Shown one piece after another: positions 59,999-64,000 of a stretch of 64,000 bases of DNA (position 1 is its first letter; each line of letters opens with the position of its first letter). A program made the position numbers and the translations under genes. Under the pieces are notes generated by a model. That model had not been told where the DNA came from. It searched no databases and saw nothing but the letters and a program-made list of their open reading frames with translations. This DNA is from Candidatus Eiseniibacteriota bacterium (GTDB lineage Bacteria; Eisenbacteria; RBG-16-71-46; CAIMUX01; VGJL01). The DNA is taken from the NCBI GenBank assembly GCA_034679345.1, contig JAXDAY010000010.1, positions 12,390 to 76,389 on the forward strand. The letters are read 5' to 3'.

Positions 59999-60812
59999 GG
60001 CGGCCCGCCTTCACCATCTTGATGAGCAGCGGGCAGGGACGGTACTTCGGATCTCCTAGCCCATCGTAGAGGACATTCAGGATGTCGAGACAAACGTCGA
60101 GCCCGATGAAGTCGGCCAGCGTCAGCGGGCCCATCGGATGGTTCATCCCAAGCTTCATGACCGTGTCGATCGACTCCGGGGTCGCGACTCCCTCCATCAC
60201 GCAGTAGATCGCCTCATTGATCATCGGCAACAGGATCCGGTTCGAGACGAATCCCGGATAGTCGTTGACCTCGACCGGGGTCTTTCCTAGCTCCCGGGTC
60301 AACCGCTCGATCTCCCGATACGTCTCGTCGGCGGTCGCGAGGCCGCGGATGATCTCCACCAGCTGCATGACCGGCACCGGGTTCATGAAGTGCATACCGA
60401 TCACCTTCTCCGGCCTGCGGGTCGACGCGGCGATCTCGGTGATCGAGATCGATGAGGTGTTGCTCGCGAGAATCGCATCCTGGGGAAGGAGCATGTCGAG
60501 CCGAGCGAAGAGCTCCCGCTTCGCCGAAGCTTCCTCGACGATCGCCTCGACGGCGACATGGGCTTGCCCGACCGCGTCGAGCGCGGTGCTGGTATGGATC
60601 CGGCCGAGGATCCCGGGGATCTCGTTCTCGGCGATCGCGCCCTTCTTCGCCATCCGTCCCAGGTTCTTCTCAATCGTCTGGACGGCCTTCTCGAGAGCCC
60701 CCGGCGCCACATCGACGAGCTCCACCGGATAGCCTGCCTGGGCGAAGACCTGGGCGATCCCGTTGCCCATCGTCCCGGATCCGACGACTGCGACTACGCG
60801 CTTGCCGTTCAA
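59955..60812 (-). CDS. hbd: 3-hydroxybutyryl-CoA dehydrogenase
   Basis: 285 aa. [28 protein letters not shown]... Confidence 0.9.
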   Translation of the reverse strand: MNGKRVVAVVGSGTMGNGIAQVFAQAGYPVELVDVAPGALEKAVQTIEKNLGRMAKKGAIAENEIPGILGRIHTSTALDAVGQAHVAVEAIVEEASAKRELFARLDMLLPQDAILASNTSSISITEIAASTRRPEKVIGMHFMNPVPVMQLVEIIRGLATADETYREIERLTRELGKTPVEVNDYPGFVSNRILLPMINEAIYCVMEGVATPESIDTVMKLGMNHPMGPLTLADFIGLDVCLDILNVLYDGLGDPKYRPCPLLIKMVKAGRLGRKTGKGFYDYAS

Positions 60813-60827
60813 CTGCCGCCCCCTTCC

Positions 60828-62018
60828 CTAGATTCTCTCGACGGCCAACGCGACGGCGTTTCCACCCCCGAGGCAAAGAGTCGCAAGCCCGGTCGCGGCA
60901 TCGCGGTGCTTCATCGCGTGCAGGAGGGTCACCAGAACGCGAGCGCCGCTGGCCCCGATCGGATGCCCGAGCGCGACCGCCCCGCCGTTCACGTTGACCC
61001 GGCTCCAGTCCCACCCAAGCTCCTGGCCATCCACGAGCGCCTGCGCGGAGAAGGCCTCGTTCGCCTCGATCAGATCGAAGTCGGCGATCGCCATTCCGAG
61101 CTTCCGCAGCAGCTTCTCGACGGCGACAACCGGCGCATAGAAGATCATCTCGGGCGCCGTCCCGCCGGTGGCGTAACCCAGGATCCTGGCCAGGGGCTTC
61201 GTCTCCGCCCGGGATGCGGCCTCGCGCGAGGCGACCACGAGAGCCGCTCCGCCGTCGTTGACGCTCGGGGCGTTGCCCGCCGTCACGCTGCCTCCCTCCT
61301 TGAAGGCGGGACGCAGCTTGCCCAGCGTCTCGAGTGTCGTGTCGCGTCTCGGCCCCTCGTCGACCGAGATCACGACCGGCTCCCCCTTCTTCTGCGGGAA
61401 CGTCACGGGCAGGATCTCCTCCCGGAACTTTCCGCCGTCGATCGCCGCGACCGCCTTGCGATGGCTCTCTACCGCGAATCGGTCCTGCGCTTCGCGGGTC
61501 ACCTTGTACTTCTCGGCGATCAGCTCCGCGGCCGCACCCATGTGCCAGTTCTTGAAGGAGCACCACAGCCCGTCGTGGACCATGAGATCCTTCACCTCGC
61601 CGTGGCCCATGCGCAGGCCCGAGCGTGCCGCCGGCATGAAGTAGGGAGCGTTCGACATGCTCTCCATCCCCCCGGCGACGATGATCTCGGACTGCCCGGC
61701 CCGGATCTCGCTCGCGGCGATCATGACCGCCTTGAGCCCCGAGCCGCAGACCTTGTTGATCGTCGTCGCCGCTACCGTATCGGGAAGCCCCCCCTTCAAC
61801 GCCGCCTGACGCGCCGGAGCTTGCCCCGTCCCGCCCTGGAGCACATGTCCCATGAGGACCTCGTCGACCTCATCCGGCTTCACGCCGGCGCGACGGACGG
61901 CCTCGCGGATCGCAAGGCCGCCGAGATCGGTCGCCGCCAGGGGCGCGAGCCCGCCCTGGAAGCGCCCGATCGGCGTGCGCACGGCCGAGAGCACCACCGC
62001 ATCACGATTCGATTGCGA
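60828..62018 (-). CDS. Acetyl-CoA C-acetyltransferase (thiolase II)
   Basis: ORF-track frame 60828..62234. True start [24 protein letters not shown] at ~62018. Active-site blocks [11 protein letters not shown] ... [17 protein letters not shown] ... [14 protein letters not shown]. Confidence 0.9.
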   Translation of the reverse strand, partial: SQSNRDAVVLSAVRTPIGRFQGGLAPLAATDLGGLAIREAVRRAGVKPDEVDEVLMGHVLQGGTGQAPARQAALKGGLPDTVAATTINKVCGSGLKAVMIAASEIRAGQSEIIVAGGMESMSNAPYFMPAARSGLRMGHGEVKDLMVHDGLWCSFKNWHMGAAAELIAEKYKVTREAQDRFAVESHRKAVAAIDGGKFREEILPVTFPQKKGEPVVISVDEGPRRDTTLETLGKLRPAFKEGGSVTAGNAPSVNDGGAALVVASREAASRAETKPLARILGYATGGTAPEMIFYAPVVAVEKLLRKLGMAIADFDLIEANEAFSAQALVDGQELGWDWSRVNVNGGAVALGHPIGASGARVLVTLLHAMKHRDAATGLATLCLGGGNAVALAVERI

Positions 62019-62071
62019 CATCCGATCTCCCTCCCGGATCCCGACCGCAGGTCGGGACCGCGCCGCGCGTC

Positions 62072-63214
62072 CTAGAACCCCTTGAGGATCTCTCGAGCGA
62101 TCACGGTGCGCTGGATCTCCGAGGTCCCCTCGCCGATCTCGAGGAGCTTCGCGTCCCGGAAGTAACGCTCCACGGGCAGGTCGCGCATATAGCCGATCCC
62201 CCCATGCACCTGGATCGCCTTGGTCGTCACCCACATCGCCACCTCGGAGGCGTAGAGCTTTGCGAAGGCCGATTCCTTCTTGAACCGCGTGCCGGAGTCC
62301 TTCATGCGAGCCGCTTCGTAGACGAGATGGCGCGCCGCCTCGATCCGCATCCCCATGTCGGCCAGGATGTGCTGCACCGCCTGGAACTCGCAGATCGCCT
62401 TGCCGAACTGCTGCCGCGTCTGCGAGTGCCGCACGCTCGCCTCGAAGGCCGCCTGGGCGATGCCCAGGGCCATCGCGCCGATCGAGACGCGTCCGCCGTC
62501 GAGCGTATCCAGGAAGATCGGGTATCCCTTGTTCAGCTCGCCCAGGAGCGCATCATCGGGAAGCCGGACCTGCTCGAAGTGCAACTCCGCCGTCTCGCTG
62601 CCGCGGCAGCCGAGCTTGTCCTCGAGCTTTCCAACGCTGACGCCGGGATTCGGCTGTTCGACGATGAACGCCGAGATCCCGCGCGTTCCCGCCTCCTTCG
62701 AGGTCCGTGCGGCGGTCACGAGGACTCGCGCCATCCGGCCGTTGGTGATGTAGATCTTCGAGCCGTTCAGGATCCAACCATCGGAGTCGCGGGCCGCGGT
62801 CGTTTCAGTCGCGCCCGCGTCCGAGCCGGCGCCCGGCTCCGTCAGGCCGAAGGCGCCGATCCACTCGCCGCTCGTCAGCTTCCGGAGGTAGCGCTTCTTC
62901 TGCGCCTCAGTGCCGTATTTCAGGATCGGGTAGATTCCAAGGCTCGTGTGGGCCGCCATCGTGATCCCCGTCGAGGCGCAGACGCGGCTCACCTCCTCGA
63001 CGGCGATCGCGTAGGAGAGGGTATCCATCCCCGCGCCTCCCCACTCCTCGTCATAGGGAATCCCGAGATAGCCGAGCTCCGCCATCTTGCCGAGGATCTC
63101 CTTCGGAATCTCCCCCTCGCGATCGATCGCCATCGCATGAGGTCCCACCTCGTTCTCGGCGAACTCCCGCACGGCCTGACGCAGCGCTTCATGATCCTCG
63201 CTCAGCTTGAGCAT
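62072..63214 (-). CDS. Acyl-CoA dehydrogenase (short/butyryl-chain type)
   Basis: ORF-track frame 62072..63337. True start [23 protein letters not shown] at ~63214. ...[32 protein letters not shown]. Confidence 0.9.
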   Translation of the reverse strand: MLKLSEDHEALRQAVREFAENEVGPHAMAIDREGEIPKEILGKMAELGYLGIPYDEEWGGAGMDTLSYAIAVEEVSRVCASTGITMAAHTSLGIYPILKYGTEAQKKRYLRKLTSGEWIGAFGLTEPGAGSDAGATETTAARDSDGWILNGSKIYITNGRMARVLVTAARTSKEAGTRGISAFIVEQPNPGVSVGKLEDKLGCRGSETAELHFEQVRLPDDALLGELNKGYPIFLDTLDGGRVSIGAMALGIAQAAFEASVRHSQTRQQFGKAICEFQAVQHILADMGMRIEAARHLVYEAARMKDSGTRFKKESAFAKLYASEVAMWVTTKAIQVHGGIGYMRDLPVERYFRDAKLLEIGEGTSEIQRTVIAREILKGF

Positions 63215-63242
63215 TCTGGATTCCTTCCCGGCATCCGTCGCC

Positions 63243-63914
63243 TCAGGCTTGTACCGCCACCTCGGGGACCTCGCCCTCGACATGCAGAATCGCCTCGGTC
63301 TTCTCCTGGATCTCCGCGACCGTCCAGCCCGGAGCACGCTCCCGCACGTAGAGCCCTTGGCCCGCCACGACGTCGATGACGCCCAGCTCGGTGATGATCC
63401 TGTTCACGCAGCGCATGCCGGTGAGCGGGAGCGAGCAGCGCCGCAGGATCTTCGGCGAGCCGTCCTTGGCCGTATGCTGCATCACGACGACGATCCGCTT
63501 CGCTCCCGCCACGAGATCCATCGCGCCGCCCATTCCCTTGACGAGCCGCTTCGGAATCATCCAGTTGGCGAGGTTTCCCTCCTCGTCGACCTCCATCCCG
63601 CCCAGGATGGTCAGATCGATGTGGCCTCCGCGGATCATCGCGAAGCTGTCGGCGCTCGAGAAGAACGCCGTGCCCGGGAGGGCCGTGATCGTCTGCTTGC
63701 CGGCGTTGATCAGGTCGGCATCCTCCTCGCCCTCATAAGGGAAGGGTCCGATCCCGAGCATCCCGTTCTCCGACTGCAGGACGATCTCCATCCCCTTCGG
63801 GACATGGTTCGCGACCAGGGTCGGCAGGCCGATCCCCAGATTCACGTACATCCGGTCCCGAAGCTCAGCCGCCGCTCTTTGGACGAGTTGTTCTCTGCTC
63901 AATGCGCTTTTCAT
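63243..63914 (-). CDS. scoB: 3-oxoacid CoA-transferase subunit B
   Basis: 223 aa. [39 protein letters not shown]...[10 protein letters not shown]...[19 protein letters not shown]. Confidence 0.9.
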   Translation of the reverse strand: MKSALSREQLVQRAAAELRDRMYVNLGIGLPTLVANHVPKGMEIVLQSENGMLGIGPFPYEGEEDADLINAGKQTITALPGTAFFSSADSFAMIRGGHIDLTILGGMEVDEEGNLANWMIPKRLVKGMGGAMDLVAGAKRIVVVMQHTAKDGSPKILRRCSLPLTGMRCVNRIITELGVIDVVAGQGLYVRERAPGWTVAEIQEKTEAILHVEGEVPEVAVQA

Positions 63915-64000
63915 ATCCGCTTCCCTGGAAGATGGAGTCGATGTAGACCGAGGGAGTCACCACCGCCTCGGGATCGATCGATCCGATCGCGCCCAGCTCC
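63865..64000 (-). CDS. scoA: 3-oxoacid CoA-transferase subunit A, C-terminal fragment (start beyond right edge)
   Basis: My own translation of the minus strand gives ...[44 protein letters not shown], which matches ScoA/AtoD C-termini. The stop lies ~50 nt inside the scoB 5' end. Confidence 0.55.
   Translation of the reverse strand, partial: ELGAIGSIDPEAVVTPSVYIDSIFQGSGYEKRIEQRTTRPKSGG

Overview
High-GC (~70%) bacterial chromosomal segment. Lineage cannot be assigned from sequence alone; the shared C-terminal sorting domains only suggest a T9SS-type or FlgD-Ig-type surface-sorting organism. Almost everything from 1 to ~47.6 kb is coded on the minus strand, then a plus-strand block runs 47.7-57.6 kb, then minus again. 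I read the following from the ORF track plus my own translation.

- **Division cluster (1-4.3 kb, minus):** partial dcw cluster ftsI-ftsL-rsmH-(STAS-domain ORF)-mraZ.
- **Glycosylation operon (4.45-18.1 kb):** about 13.7 kb, ten genes, tightly translationally coupled with GTGA/ATGA/TTGA stop-start overlaps. It holds two GT4s, a GT2 fused to a sugar-transferase-like domain, a DPM1-like and an ArnC/GtrB-like polyprenyl-phosphate sugar synthase, UDP-glucuronate decarboxylase, an NAD-dependent epimerase, a DUF2723/TMEM260-like GT-C membrane glycosyltransferase with TPR tail, and a SAM methyltransferase. A secreted beta-propeller protein with a T9SS-type/FlgD-Ig C-terminal sorting domain is embedded in it.
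- **Riboflavin operon (18.2-22.3 kb):** nusB-ribH-ribBA-ribE-ribD. I found no FMN riboswitch.
- **Surface-protein locus (22.7-41.0 kb):** three separately terminated genes. These are a PorV-like barrel + thrombospondin-3 repeats + OmpA fusion, a giant ~4349-aa acidic secreted multi-Ig-module protein, and a CARDB/cohesin/dockerin protein. The latter two carry the same C-terminal sorting domain as the propeller protein. This locus together with the polyprenyl-phosphate-pentose/GT-C operon is the most likely undescribed system in the window.
- **Housekeeping (41.3-47.6 kb):** tRNA-Lys, purA, clpX, clpP, tig, tRNA-Leu, then crotonase and a thioesterase.
- **Plus-strand block (47.7-57.6 kb):** propionyl-CoA carboxylase subunits, a B12-domain-less methylmalonyl-CoA mutase catalytic subunit, an Omp85-type barrel, methylmalonyl-CoA epimerase, a HEAT-repeat protein and a degenerate HD-GYP-like protein.
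- **Right end (57.6-64.0 kb, minus):** beta-oxidation/ketone-body block with three ACADs, HBD, thiolase and ScoB/ScoA.

No CRISPR, no mobile elements and no rRNA were seen. Many long plus-strand ORFs in 1-47 kb are antisense artefacts of high GC.
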